64,000 nt of DNA from Heptranchias perlo (taxonomy: Eukaryota), in NCBI RefSeq assembly GCF_035084215.1, contig NC_090331.1, forward strand, positions 72,602,001-72,666,000, in the 5' to 3' direction. The notes beneath the pieces were generated by a model. It did not search any database. It was not told where the DNA came from and saw only the letters and a list, made by a program, of their open reading frames with translations. Positions 36,185 through 48,729 of this stretch are shown piece by piece (the stretch's first letter is position 1; the number at the start of each line of letters is the position of its first letter). A program made the translations under genes and the position numbers.

Positions 36185-38077
36185 TCATAGCGGGGCATCG
36201 TCAGGGGGGGCTGAGGGAGCTACCACACCAGTAGTGGCTGCTATTCTTCCCTGGCTGGCCATAAAAGATCGCATGGCCTCAAAAAATGACTCCATGGCAG
36301 CGGGGGCAATTCCTGCCTCTGCCTCCACCGTCGCTGCCTTTTGGGCTAGGGCGGTGGGATTCTTTCCCTTAGTATCCTTCCAGGGGTTTTTACAATCTTT
36401 GCGCAAGTGGCCATCCTTCCCGCACCCAAAGCAGTTTAACTTAGCCTGGGCGGGACGATTCCCTTCCTGGTGCCATTCCCTTTTATGCTGGGCCCCTGAT
36501 TTAACCTCGTGGACTTTCCCCTTGGGTTGGGGCGTCTCGATACCCCTGATATTTTTAAATGCTATCGTGAGCTGGCGGATCACCGTTTCCTCGGTGGTCT
36601 GGGGGCTACGGGGGTCAAACCAGGCCGCAGCTCGTGTTCGAATTTGGGGCAGGCAGTTTGTCATGAGACAGCGGAGCCAGTGGGCTAATTGATCTCTGTT
36701 CAGGAGTGTCCGCCCTGGCATTCCCGGGCATGCGCTCCGGTAGACTGGCCGCAGCCTGTCTGCGAAAGCCTGTGGGGACTCGCCTGGAAGCTGTACCGTT
36801 CTTCCCACCCGGGCGAACGGACTCCCATCATTTAGTCCCATGGCCTCCAATATCTCATCCCTTAACTCCTCGTAATCTTTCTGCACCCTTTTGCACTCAT
36901 CTGATAAGGTTTGGAGGAGGTCACCCCCCAGAGAAAACAGCAGCATTTTTGCTTGTTCTGCTTCATCGCAGTCATTAACGCACGCTGCCTGCTCTATCTC
37001 ACGGAAGTGTAGAGACGGGTCTCCCCTCACTGTAAGCTTAGGGATATGGCTAACCATGGCCCTGAGCTGTGGGGTGCCATGCGGCACTACAAACTGGTTC
37101 TGGATGGCCCCTAGGTCCTCGCCATCGGCGGGCGGGCCGTACCTCCGTTGTCGGAGGGGGTACACTGGTCCCGGTCCTGGTCTATCTACCAGGAATTGCT
37201 GGGTCTCCCCTAATGCTTCATCCTCCACCCCCCCTTGCTGCCAAACCTCCTGAAAACTCGGGGCTATGGGTGATGGCCGTGAAGCCTCTGGTTCCCTAAC
37301 CAGTGTCGTTCTGGGAGCTGCCTGTGGGACTTCCCTGCTTGGGTTGCCGGTAAAATCCGACTGGCCCGCCTTCGGGCTAAGGAGGCATACCATGCCCTTC
37401 GCCCTCGCTAAGGCCATGCCCAAACGTTCTATTTCTTGCCTGCAGGGGCCATGATCTGCGTCCTCAAACCCCTGGGCGCAGGCCAGCTTATATGCTGCCT
37501 TTACCTCGCCTACTTTCTCCTCCTGCTCTTTTAATTCTTGGGTGAGGCTGTGGATCTTATCCATTAACCTCACCTCACTGCCTCTCGCCTCTCTGACCTG
37601 GTATTCCAGGTGTTCCATTCTACCTCTAGCGCTACTTTTGAGCTCAGCGATCTGGTATTCCAGGCGCTCTACCTTTGCCTGGTGGTCCCTTGCCATCTGC
37701 GCCCTTTCTTGGTTTATTGCCTCGAGCGCCGCTACCCCTTTCTCTTCCGCTGTTGTCTTTTCATGCAGCTCTAGGGTCAACTGTTTAATCTTGGCTGCTT
37801 GTACTGCTACAGCACGGTCTAGTACCAAGACCTGCTTTTTAAAACACAAGAGCCAGACCGCCTTCTCAATACTTTTCTTATACTGTTTACTTGCTGTCCA
37901 CTGGATGGCTGCATCTATGGGACGCTCGGCCTTTAACATATCGCCCACCCACTTTTTCGCGATATTTACCTTGCCGCACACATAGGCAGACAACCTTATC
38001 TCCATTGCGGATTCCTCCTCCGCACCACTGTCTGTCTTGTTACACACTTTCGTCTCAGCTCCTGCCTGACTCGCCAT
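36185..38077 (-). CDS. gag: Intact 630-aa Gag-like polyprotein (coiled coil, capsid-like region, CCHC zinc knuckle, PSAP late motif)
   Basis: Uninterrupted ORF starting at the PBS; CFGCGKDGHLRKDC; ends VVAPSAPPDDAPL. Confidence 0.9.
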   Translation of the reverse strand: MASQAGAETKVCNKTDSGAEEESAMEIRLSAYVCGKVNIAKKWVGDMLKAERPIDAAIQWTASKQYKKSIEKAVWLLCFKKQVLVLDRAVAVQAAKIKQLTLELHEKTTAEEKGVAALEAINQERAQMARDHQAKVERLEYQIAELKSSARGRMEHLEYQVREARGSEVRLMDKIHSLTQELKEQEEKVGEVKAAYKLACAQGFEDADHGPCRQEIERLGMALARAKGMVCLLSPKAGQSDFTGNPSREVPQAAPRTTLVREPEASRPSPIAPSFQEVWQQGGVEDEALGETQQFLVDRPGPGPVYPLRQRRYGPPADGEDLGAIQNQFVVPHGTPQLRAMVSHIPKLTVRGDPSLHFREIEQAACVNDCDEAEQAKMLLFSLGGDLLQTLSDECKRVQKDYEELRDEILEAMGLNDGSPFARVGRTVQLPGESPQAFADRLRPVYRSACPGMPGRTLLNRDQLAHWLRCLMTNCLPQIRTRAAAWFDPRSPQTTEETVIRQLTIAFKNIRGIETPQPKGKVHEVKSGAQHKREWHQEGNRPAQAKLNCFGCGKDGHLRKDCKNPWKDTKGKNPTALAQKAATVEAEAGIAPAAMESFFEAMRSFMASQGRIAATTGVVAPSAPPDDAPL

Positions 38078-41000
38078 TTCTGTAAGGGGTTTCTTTTTTT
38101 ACTGTTTCTCGGGCTTATAATAGGTCAGCCAGTTATGTTTTCCTGAGCTGCCCTGCCCGCAGTGCGGTTGCGAATCGCTTACCCCTTCCTGATTCTGAGC
38201 TGAGGACTTATCGAATGGTAACAAAGACAGACAAACAGACCAGTGGATTGGTACAAGGAAAACCAATGTTTATTAATAAGAAAACTAAAACTACAAGGTA
38301 AACAGTATATTAGAGAAGATAAAGAAATCGCTATGGATGTAATACAGTCTTACACTTATCGGGTTGAAAGAAACGGACACATCGAGGGAAAATTCTAAAA
38401 TCACAAGTTTAGCAATATCCCTTAACCCCCAACCTTACACTTATGCTAGGTTGTCTTGTGGCGGCCAGAAAATTAATGCTCACCGGTGAAAACAGATGAA
38501 AAGGCCTGGCCCCTGTGCCTGCTGCTGCCGTCGACATGTGGTTGCGAGGTTTACTGAATGGCCTTCCTTCTTAGTTGCTAGCAGACAGACAGGATAGGGC
38601 CATGAGGCGAAGAGAGCAGCTCAAGAGAGAGATACTGGGCAGCACCAGTTATACCCTCTTGGTAACAGATTTTTTTCATACCTTATCAGCTTGCTTCATT
38701 GTTTGATTTAAGCACGAAACGTAAGACAAAGGACCCCATCTCTGGCCCATTTACATTAATGGCCATTTCCTGTATCGATCTGTTTGCTAACTGCTTTACC
38801 ATTGTTCCGAATGTTCCTTGATGGTTCACCTTTTGTCCTGCGATCACTTCCTGCTCGAATTTTGATGTGTTGGCCGGCCATGTTGATAGCTTGCCTCAGG
38901 GCTAGAATGCAGCTGCATTGTTTCAAGAAACCTGTCTGAGACACGAAGCCTGCCAAGTTGTTGAGAATGCAATTTCAAATCTGCCGGTCCTCGGCCATGT
39001 GTCTGACTGCAGCCATTTTGAGAGACCTTGGATTTTTTAAAACAGTCACACCAGGGTTTCTTTAATAACTCCAATAAATCTTCGGGGTGGGGGGAACATG
39101 TGAAATTTTGCGAATCCCTTCAAGAACCAGACTATACACCCATGAGCTTTTGGACGGGATTGGGAGACAAAGAAGGGGTGTTTTTAACGATGTCTTAACT
39201 GGTTTTCACCCGGGGTCTTCTGTCATCAACAGCTTAGATGACATCGAGCTGCAGACCCAGATTAATGGTTTAAAAACTCAATTAAAGAAAATATTAATCG
39301 ATGCGAATAAGGTGGTGGGTTCGGAACTGCACGAAGATCAGGCCATGACTCTCCACTTAAAGGAGATCATAGCGGAGCTGGAAAAGCATGCAGAGACGGT
39401 GAATGTGCTCATTAGGGAGGGTCGGAATACGTCAGACCAGGCGGCGCAGAATGAAGTGTGCGTGCTGTATGGGGCATGGTTGCTGGGCGAGGCCCGCAGC
39501 AATCTGGAGGATTTAAAGCAAGGTTTAGTCCCCTCCTGGATCAGCAACAAACACCTCGCAGCCCTCCACCCTTTTGAGAATACATTAAGTCCGTGCCAGC
39601 TCCGCTTAGCTTCTGAGGCCTACCCAGTCCCAGTGGACTGTGGGCGTTCCAACCACACCATCATAGGGATAGTTGTAAGGATGCCAGTCATGGGCGGGAC
39701 GGCCCGACCCACGCCGGTGTACAGGGTGGAGAACATTGGTGTCATTCAGGGGGGTGCACACGTTCGTTTCACAGCGGTCCCATCCTACGTCATAAAGTGG
39801 GAGCATGGTATGACTGGTACTGACCTCTCGGGGTGCCAGAGCCGGGGATCACACATAATCCTGTGTCCCCAGCACTTGAACGCCTATTCAAATCCGCAGT
39901 GCAGGTTCAGAGCTGCTGACGCGAAGCCGATAAACTGCACCATGGAAGCCATGGCACAAGGCCATGTTCCCCCACAGGTGGCGTATATAGGAGGTGGGAC
40001 ATATTGCGTCACCACAGCAGCGTCTCACTACCAGCATGGTCAGCACAGCTGGTGTGCGGTGAGTGACAGCAGTTTCTGCTTTAAACCCGAGGCAGAAGTT
40101 CAAGTGGCACAGATACGAATTGTCCCCATCCCTGAACCATCCACTGTTCACCTCACTGTGAAAGAGAATTTCACCAACCTCCAAAAGTATGTAGCCCACT
40201 TTGGCTATCAGATCCCCCCCTCTCCCAGAACACCTCGTTAAATTATTAAAAGCAGTAGGGGTGTCCCAAAAACACTTTTACACGCTGGAACAGATGACTG
40301 TCCAGATAGGGGCCGATATTCTGAGTATTACGACCCCACCCTGATGGGACATCTTTGAGAATATAGAGGTCCCCTCCTGGATTCGTCTGGCATCACACGT
40401 GCTAGTAATCTGTCAGCTCGGGATCGTCCTCTACCTGGTTTGCGTCCAGTGTAGGAATAGGGGTCTCGAGGTAGTAGTTAGGACACAAAGGGTATGGAAG
40501 GACCAGTATGCTCGGGTAGACGAAACACCCGTGTGAGTTCGGGGACGCATCCCTTGCGAGTGATGGCAGCCTGTTTCATTATTTTAATAAAGATGGTCCC
40601 TTCCGTTTGTTGTTTTCAATAAAGTAATGTTTACGTTTTGATGTTATTTTGAATAAAGATTGTTCATTGTTGTGTTGTATAGTATGCGAAATACTGTTTC
40701 ATCCCAAGTGGTGCAGGGGTATTTGGACCCCTCCGTGCTGGGATTGTTGTACTTCAACCTTGTTTTCTATCCGAATGCCTGCCATACACTGGGGTTCTCT
40801 CCAAGTAAGGGAATGTATGTGTCGAGGGATTAGGGATAGGTAAATGAAGGGGAAGGTTGTTTGCGACAGTCAGAAATCTTTGCTCACCTTCCATGGACAC
40901 TTCAAGCAAGTTTAAGTATCCACAGGGGGGAGTGAAGGGATTCGCAAAATTTCACATGTTCCCCCCACCCCGAAGATTTATTGGAGTTATTAAAGAAACC

Positions 41001-41953
41001 CTGGTGTGACTGTTTTAAAAAATCCAAGGTCTCTCAAAATGGCTGCAGTCAGACACATGGCCGAGGACCGGCAGATTTGAAATTGCATTCTCAACAACTT
41101 GGCAGGCTTCGTGTCTCAGACAGGTTTCTTTAAACAATGCAGCTGCATTCTAGCCCTGAGGCAAGCTATCAACATGGCCGGCCAACACATCAAAATTCGA
41201 GCAGGAAGTGATCGCAGGACAAAAGGTGAACAATGGTAAAGCAGTTAGCGAACAGATCGATACAGGAAACGGCCATAATGTAAATGGGCCAGAGATGGGG
41301 TTCTTTGTCTTACGTTTCGTGCTTAAATCAAACAATGAAGCAAGCTGATAAGGTATGAAAAAAACCTGTTACCAAGAGGGTATAACTGGGGCTGCCCAGT
41401 ATCTCTCTCTCTAGCTGCTCTCTTCGCCTCTTGGCCCTATCCTGTCTGTCTGCTAGCAACTAAGAAGGAAGGCCATTCAGTAAACCTCGCAACCACATGT
41501 CGACGGCAACAGCAGGCACAGGGGCCAGGCCTTTTCATCTGTTTTCACCGGTGAGCATTAATTTTCTGGCCGCCACAAGACAACCTAGCATCAGTGTAAG
41601 GTTGGGGGTTAAGGGATATTGCTAAACTTGTGATTTTAGAATTTTCCCTCGATGTGTCCGTTTCTTTCAACCCGATAAGTGTAAGACTGTATTATATCCA
41701 TAGCGATTTCTTTATCTTCTGTATTATACTGTTTACCTTGTAGTTTTAGTTTTCTTATTAATAAACATTGGTTTTCCTTGTACCAATCCACTGGTCTGTT
41801 TGTCTGTCTTTGTTACCACTCGATAAGTCCTCAGCTCAGAATCAGGAAGGGGTATGCGATTCGCAACCGCACTGCGGGCAGGGCAGCTCAGGAAAACATA
41901 ACTGGCTGACCTATTATAAGCCGGAGAAACAGTAAAAAAAGAAACCCCTTACA

Positions 41954-44900
41954 ACTGTCCCACAGATCACTATACTCTCCCAGAGATCACTACACTCTCC
42001 CAGAGATCACTGTACTCTCCCAGAGATCACTACACTCTCCCACAGATCACTACACTCTCCCAGAGATCACTACACTCTGCCACAGATCACTGTACTCTCC
42101 CAGAGATCACTACACTCTCCCACAGATCACTACACTCTGCCAGAGATCACTACACTCTGCCACAGATCACTGTCCTCTCCCAGAGATCACTACACTCTCC
42201 AAACAGATCACTACACTCTCCCACAGATCACTACACTCTCCCACAGATCACGACACTCTCCCACAGATCACTGTACTCTCCCAGAGATCACTCTCCTCTC
42301 CCACAGATCACTACACTCTCCCAGAGATCACTACACTCTCCCAGAGATCACTGTACTCTCCCACAGATCACTGCACTCGCCCACAGATCACTACACTCTC
42401 CCACAGATCACTGTACTCTCCCAGAGATCACTACACTCTCCCAGAGATCACTCTCCTCTCCCACAGATCACCACACTCTCCCAGAGATCACTATACTCTC
42501 CCAGAGATCACTGTACTCTCCCAGAGATCACTACACTCTCCCAGAGATCACTACACTCTCCCAGAGATCACTGTACTCTCCCACAGATCACCACACTCTC
42601 CCAGAGATCACTATACTCTCCCAGAGATCACTGTACTCTCCCACAGATCACTACACTCTCCCAGAGATCACTACACTCTCCCACAGATCACTACACTCTC
42701 CCAGAGATCACTGTACTCTCCCAGAGATCACTACACTCTCCCACAGATCACTACACTCTCCCACAGATCACTACACTCTCCCACAGATCACTATACTCTC
42801 CCACAGATCACTACACTCTCCCACAGATCACTACACTCTCTCAGAGATCACTACACTCTCCCACAGATCACTACACTCTCCCACAGATCACTATACTCTC
42901 CCAGAGATCACTACACTCTCCCACAGATCACTACACTCTCCCAGAGATCACTACACTCTCCCAGAGATCACTACACTCTCCCAGATATCACTATCCTCTC
43001 CCACAGATCACTACACTCTCCCAGAGATCACTACACTCTCCCAGAGATCACTATACTCTCTACACTCTCCCAGAGATCACTACACTCTCCCAGAGATCAC
43101 TACACTCTCCCACAGATCACTGTACTCTCCCAGAGATCACTACACTCTCCCACAGATCACTACACTCTCCCAGAGATCACTATACTCTCCCAGAGATCAC
43201 TACACTCTCCCACAGATCACTACACTCTCCCAGAGATCACTGTCCTCTCCCACAGATCACTATACTCTCCCAGAGATCACTACACTCTCCCACAGATCAC
43301 TACACTCTCCCAGAGATCACTACACTCTCCCAGAGATCACTACACTCTCCCACAGATCACTACACTCTCCCAGAGATCACTATACTCTCCCACAGATCAC
43401 TACACTCTCCCAGAGATCACTACACTCTCCCACAGATCACTACACTCTCCCAGAGATCACTACACTCTCCCAGAGATCACTACACTCTCCCACAGATCAC
43501 TACACTCTCCCAGAGATCACTACACTCTCCCAGAGATCACTACACTCTCCCACAGATTACTACACTCTCCCAGAGATCACTGTACTCTCCCAGAGATCAC
43601 TACACTCTCCCACAGATCACTACACTCTCCCACAGATCACTACACTCTCCCAGAGATCACTACACTCTCCCAGAGATCACTGTACTCTCCCAGAGATCAC
43701 TACACTCTCCCAGAGATCACTACACTCTCCCACAGATCACTACACTCTCCCAGAGATCACTACACTCTCCCACAGATCACTACACTCTCCCAGAGATCAC
43801 TATACTCTCCCACATATCACTACACTCTCCCACAGATCACTACACTCTCCCAGAGATCACTACACTCTCCCAGAGATCACTACACTCTCCCAGAGATCAC
43901 TACACTCTCCCACAGATCACTACACTCTCCCAGAGATCACTACACTCTCCCAGAGATCACTACACTCTCCCAGAGATCACTACACTCTCCCAGAGATCAC
44001 TACACTCTCCCAGAGATCACTACACTCTCCCAGAGATCACTACTCTCTCCCACGGATCACTACACTCTCCCACAGATCACTACACTCTCCCAGAGATCAC
44101 TACACTCTCCCAGAGATCACTACACTCTCCCAGAGATCACTACACTCTCCCAGAGATCACTACTCTCTCCCACGGATCACTACACTCTCCCAGAGATCAC
44201 TACACTCTCCCAGAGATCACTACACTCTCCCACAGATCACTACACTCTCCCAGAGATCACTACACTCTCCCAGAGATCACTACACTCTCCCACAGATCAC
44301 TGTACTCTCCCAGAGATCACTACACTCTCCCAGAGATCACTATACTCTCCCAGAGATCACTGTACTCTCCCACAGATCACTATACTCTCCCACAGATCAC
44401 TACACTCTCCCACAGATCACCATACTCTCCCAGAGATCACTACACTCTCCCAGAGATCACTACACTCTCCCACAGATCACTACACTCTCCCAGAGATCAC
44501 TACACTCTCCCACAGATCACTACACTCTCCCAGAGATCGCTACACTCTCCCAGAGATCACTACACTCTCCCACAGATCACTACACTCTCCCAGAGATCAC
44601 TACACTCTCCCAGAGATCACTACACTCTCCCACAGATCACTACACTCTCCCAGAGATCACTACACTCTCCCACAGATCACTACACTCTCCCAGAGATCAC
44701 TATACTCTCCCACAGAGCACTACACTCTCCCACAGATCACTACACTCTCCCAGAGATCACTACACTCTCCCACGGATCACTACACTCTCCCACAGATCAC
44801 TACACTCTCCCAGAGATCACTATACTCTCCCAGAGATCACGACACTCTCCCACAGATCACTATACTCTCCCAGAGATCACTATACTCTCCCACAGATCAC

Positions 44901-46880
44901 TACACTCTCCCAGAGATCACTGCACTCTCCCAGAGATCACTACACTCTCCCAGAGATCACGACACTCTCCCAGAGATCACTGTACTCTCCCACAGATCAC
45001 TACACTCTCCCAGAGATCACTACACTCTCCCACAGATCACTACACTCTCCCAGAGATCACTGTACTCTCCCACAGATCACTACACTCTCCCACAGATCAC
45101 TACACTCTCCCACAGATCACTACACTCTCCCAGAGATCACTCTCCTCTCCCACAGATCACTACACTCTCCCAGAGATCACTCTCCTCTCCCACAGATCAC
45201 TACACTCTCCCAGAGATCACTACACTCTCCCAGAGATCACTACACTCTCCCACAGATCACTACACTCTCCCAGAGATCACTGTACTCTCCCACAGATCAC
45301 TGTACTCTCCCAGAGATCACTATACTCTCCCAGAGATCACTACACTCTCCCACAGATCACTACACTCTCCCAGAGATCACTACACTCTCCCACAGATCAC
45401 TACACTCTCCCAGAGATCACTACACTCTCCCACAGATCACTACACTCTCCCACAGATCACTACACTCTCCCAGAGATCACTACACTCTCCCACAGATCAC
45501 TGTACTCTCCCAGAGATCACTATACTCTCCCAGAGATCACTACACTCTCCCAGAGATCACTACACTCTCCCAGAGATCACTGTACTCTCCCACAGATCAC
45601 TACACTCTCCCAGAGATCACTACACTCTCCCAGAGATCACTACACTCTCCCAGAGATCACTACACTCTCCCAGAGATCACTACACTCTCCCAGAGATCAC
45701 TACACTCTCCCAGAGATCACTATACTCTCCCACAGATCACTACACTCTCCCACAGATCACTACACTCTCCCAGAGATCACTGTACTCTCCCAGAGATCAC
45801 TGTCCTCTCCCACAGATCACTACACTCTCCCACAGATCACTACACTCTCCCACAGATCACTACACTCTCCCACAGATCACGACACTCTCCCACAGATCAC
45901 TACACTCTCCCAGAGATCACTATACTCTCCCACAGATCACTGTACTCTCCCACAGATCACTGTCCTCTCCCAGAGATCACTACACTCTCCCACAGATCAC
46001 TGCACTCGCCCACAGATCACTACACTCTCCCACAGATCACTACACTCTCCCACAGATCACTATACTCTCCCACAGATCACTGTACTCTCCCACAGATCAC
46101 TGTCCTCTCCCAGAGATCACTACACTCTCCCACAGATCACTACACTCTCCCAGAGATCACTACACTCTCCCACAGATCACTACACTCTCCCAGAGATCAC
46201 TACTCTCTCCCACGGATCACTACACTCTCCCAGGGATCACTACACTCTCCCAGAGATCACTACACTCTCCCAGAGATCACTACACTCTCCCACAGATCAC
46301 TACACTCTCCCAGAGATCACTACACTCTCCCACAGATCACTATACTCTCCCACAGATCACTGTACTCTCCCACAGATCACTATACTCTCCCACAGATCAC
46401 TGCACTCGCCCACAGATCACTACACTCTCCCAGAGATCACTACACTCTCCCACAGATCACTACACTCTCCCACAGATCACTGTACTCTCCCACAGATCAC
46501 TACACTCTCCCACAGATCACTGTACTCTCCCACAGATCACTGTACTCTCCCACAGATCACTATACTCTCCCACAGATCACTATACTCTCCCACAGATCAC
46601 TATACTCTCCCACAGATCACTACACTCTCCCACAGATCACTACACTCTCCCACAGATCACTACACTCTCCCACAGATCACTACACTCTCCCACAGATCAC
46701 TGTCCTCTTCCAGAGATCACTGTATTTTCCCAGAGAACACTATAATTTTCCAGAGATCACTGTCCTCTCCCAGAGCTCATTGTACTCTCCCAGAGATAAC
46801 TGTACTCTCCCAGAGAACACTGTATTTTTCCAGAGAACACTGTATTTTCCCAGAGATCACTGTACTTTCTCAGAAAACAC
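41954..46880. repeat. 20-bp minisatellite, about 245 units, consensus CCCA(G/C)AGATCACT(AC/GT/AT)ACTCT
   Basis: Direct 20-bp periodicity over about 4.9 kb with a few recurrent variant positions. Confidence 0.97.
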
Positions 46881-46988
46881 TTTACAATTGCCTTTTCCTG
46901 TTGATTGAGGAGAGATCCAGTTCTATTTTGAGCTCCCTCAAAGCAGCGCAACTTGGATTGGGAACAAGACTGTGCAGAAGATTGAAGC

Positions 46989-48066
46989 TGAAGGGTTACG
47001 CAAAATTTCACATGTTCCCCCCCCCCCGCCCCCAAAGATTTATTGGAGTTATTAAAGAAACCCTGGTGTGACTGTGTTTTAAAAAATCCAGGGTCTCTCA
47101 AAATGGCTGCGGTCAGACACATGGCCAAAGGCCTGCAGCATTTGAAATTGGATTCTCTGACAGCTTGGCAGGCTCCGTGTTTAACACGTCTGTAAACACC
47201 TTTCCACAAGAGCAGACAGGGCTCTTTGAACAATGCAGTTGCATTCATGCCCTGAGGCAAGCCATCAACGTTGCCGGATCACACAATCAAAATTCGAGCA
47301 GGAGTAATCCCAGGTCTAAAGATAGCCCATCAAGGGACATTCGGAACAATGGAAAGCAGTTATGGAACAGATCAGTACAGGTACCGGCCATTAATGTAAA
47401 TGGGCCAAGATCGGGGCCCTCTTGTCTTACGTTTTCACGCCCAAATCGGACAATGGAGCAAACTGATGAGGCGCGAAAATAACCTGTCACCGGGAGGGTA
47501 TCACTGGGGCGTCCCAGAACCTCTCTCTCTCTTTTTCTCTTCGCCTCGGCCCGGTGTCCTGTTTGCCTGCTAGCAACCAAGAAGGAAGGCCGTCCAGTAA
47601 ACATCGCAACCACGTGTCGACGGTAGCAGCAAGGCACAGGGGCCAGGCCTTTTCATCCGTTTCATCGGTGAGCATTATTTTTTTTTCTGGCCGTCACAAG
47701 ACAACCTAGCTAGGTGTAAGGGTGGGAGTTAAAGGGGTATTGCTAAAATTGTGATTTTAGAATTTTCCCTCGATGTGTCCGTTTTCTTCCACCCCGTTAA
47801 GTGTAAGACTGTATTACATCCATAGCGATTCCTTTTATCTTCTGTATAATACTGTTTACCTTGTAGTTTTAGTTTTCTTATTAATAAACATTGGCTTTCC
47901 TTGCACCAATCCACTGGTCTGTTTGTCTGTCTTTGTTACCACTCGATAAGTCCTGAGCTCAGAATCAGGAAGGGGAAAGCGATTCGAAACCGCACAGCGG
48001 GCAGGGCAGCTCAGGAAAACATAACTGGCTGACCTACAATAAGCCCTGGAAACAAAACCCCTTACA
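46989..48066 (+). mobile_element. Solo LTR, diverged subfamily of family 1
   Basis: TGAAGGG...CCCTTACA termini and 4-bp TSD AAGC. The empty site GATTGTAGCTGTGATAC is seen in paralogous units. Confidence 0.92.
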
Positions 48067-48729
48067 AAGCTGTGATACTTTGGCCCCAAACCTTTGCTGC
48101 ATTTAACCCATAAATCTTGAAGATTATATAAGGGGGGGAAAATAGACCAATGATTAAAAACAGATCAGATCCATTTATTATTGATCATTGTTAATGTCTC
48201 TGACCTGAGGAAGGTCACTTCCATACAGAATATTAATTATGTCTTTGAATAAAAATATGACTGAGGTTACATTCCAACAAGGAACCAATTGCAGAGTTGT
48301 GATTGATTTGGCAAATCGTGCAAATGTGCACCTTACCTGACTGAGTGCAATAACAGAACCTCCTGTGACTCATAAATTCATATTTTACCAAACTTGCAAC
48401 CTTTGTATTCGGGTTAGTTTAGAAGCAGCACTGTCAGTTAAATCACTACGCGGGAAAAAATTGGAAAAGGGTCCGTTTCGGGTGGGGGTAGTGTGATGCG
48501 CTAGAACCCCATGCCCGATGGACCCTATGCAGGCAGCGTGTAAACTGCATGATACTTATCATGATATCTCTGAGCAGCCAGCACAACCCGCGCTGCTGAG
48601 AGGCTGCACGGAGAATGAGGAAGTTGGAAATGGGGCGTGCACAGCGCACATCATCAGCAGCCTGCACCTCTTAAAGGTGCAGGTGCACATTTCAAATGGC
48701 AGGTACACAGCTTACTTGCAAGAGGGAAA

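Larger units (their letters stand above)
32801..39122 (-). mobile_element. Provirus 2 of the same family, inverted and nested in the env of provirus 1
   Basis: 5' LTR 38081-39122, 3' LTR 32801-33858, 4-bp TSD AGAA (32797-32800 and 39123-39126); PBS and PPT present. Confidence 0.94.
31867..40536 (+). pseudogene. env: env of provirus 1, an F-like class I fusion glycoprotein, split by provirus 2
   Basis: Signal peptide MFEGVILLALSGLSLA, furin site RQRR followed by GVFNDVLTGF, heptad repeat, Cys-rich region and a C-terminal TM segment. Lesions: stop at 32212, insertion after 32800, +1 frameshift ~40220, stop ~40342. Confidence 0.82.
27983..41953 (+). mobile_element. Endogenous retrovirus-like provirus 1 (LTR-gag-pol remnant-env-LTR), interrupted by inverted provirus 2
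   Basis: 5' LTR 27983-29024, PBS 29029-29046, gag 29028-30920, env 31867-32800 plus 39123-40536, PPT AGGGGGGAG before the 3' LTR 40933-41953. Confidence 0.92.

Noticed and set aside
36185-38077. Domesticated host gag gene
   Set aside because: It is still flanked by two similar LTRs with PBS, PPT and TSD and has a near-identical sibling, consistent with a recent insertion.
39087-39122. Env ORF apparently starting at MGGTCEILRIPS
   Set aside because: These codons come from the inverted LTR; the real env start is 31867.
40580-40660. Three AATAAA hexamers after the env stop as an internal polyadenylation signal
   Set aside because: The tract is AT-rich and function cannot be judged from sequence; the LTR has its own AATAAA.
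41954-46880. CRISPR-like array
   Set aside because: Units are contiguous 20-mers with no unique spacers, there are no cas genes, and the context is eukaryotic.
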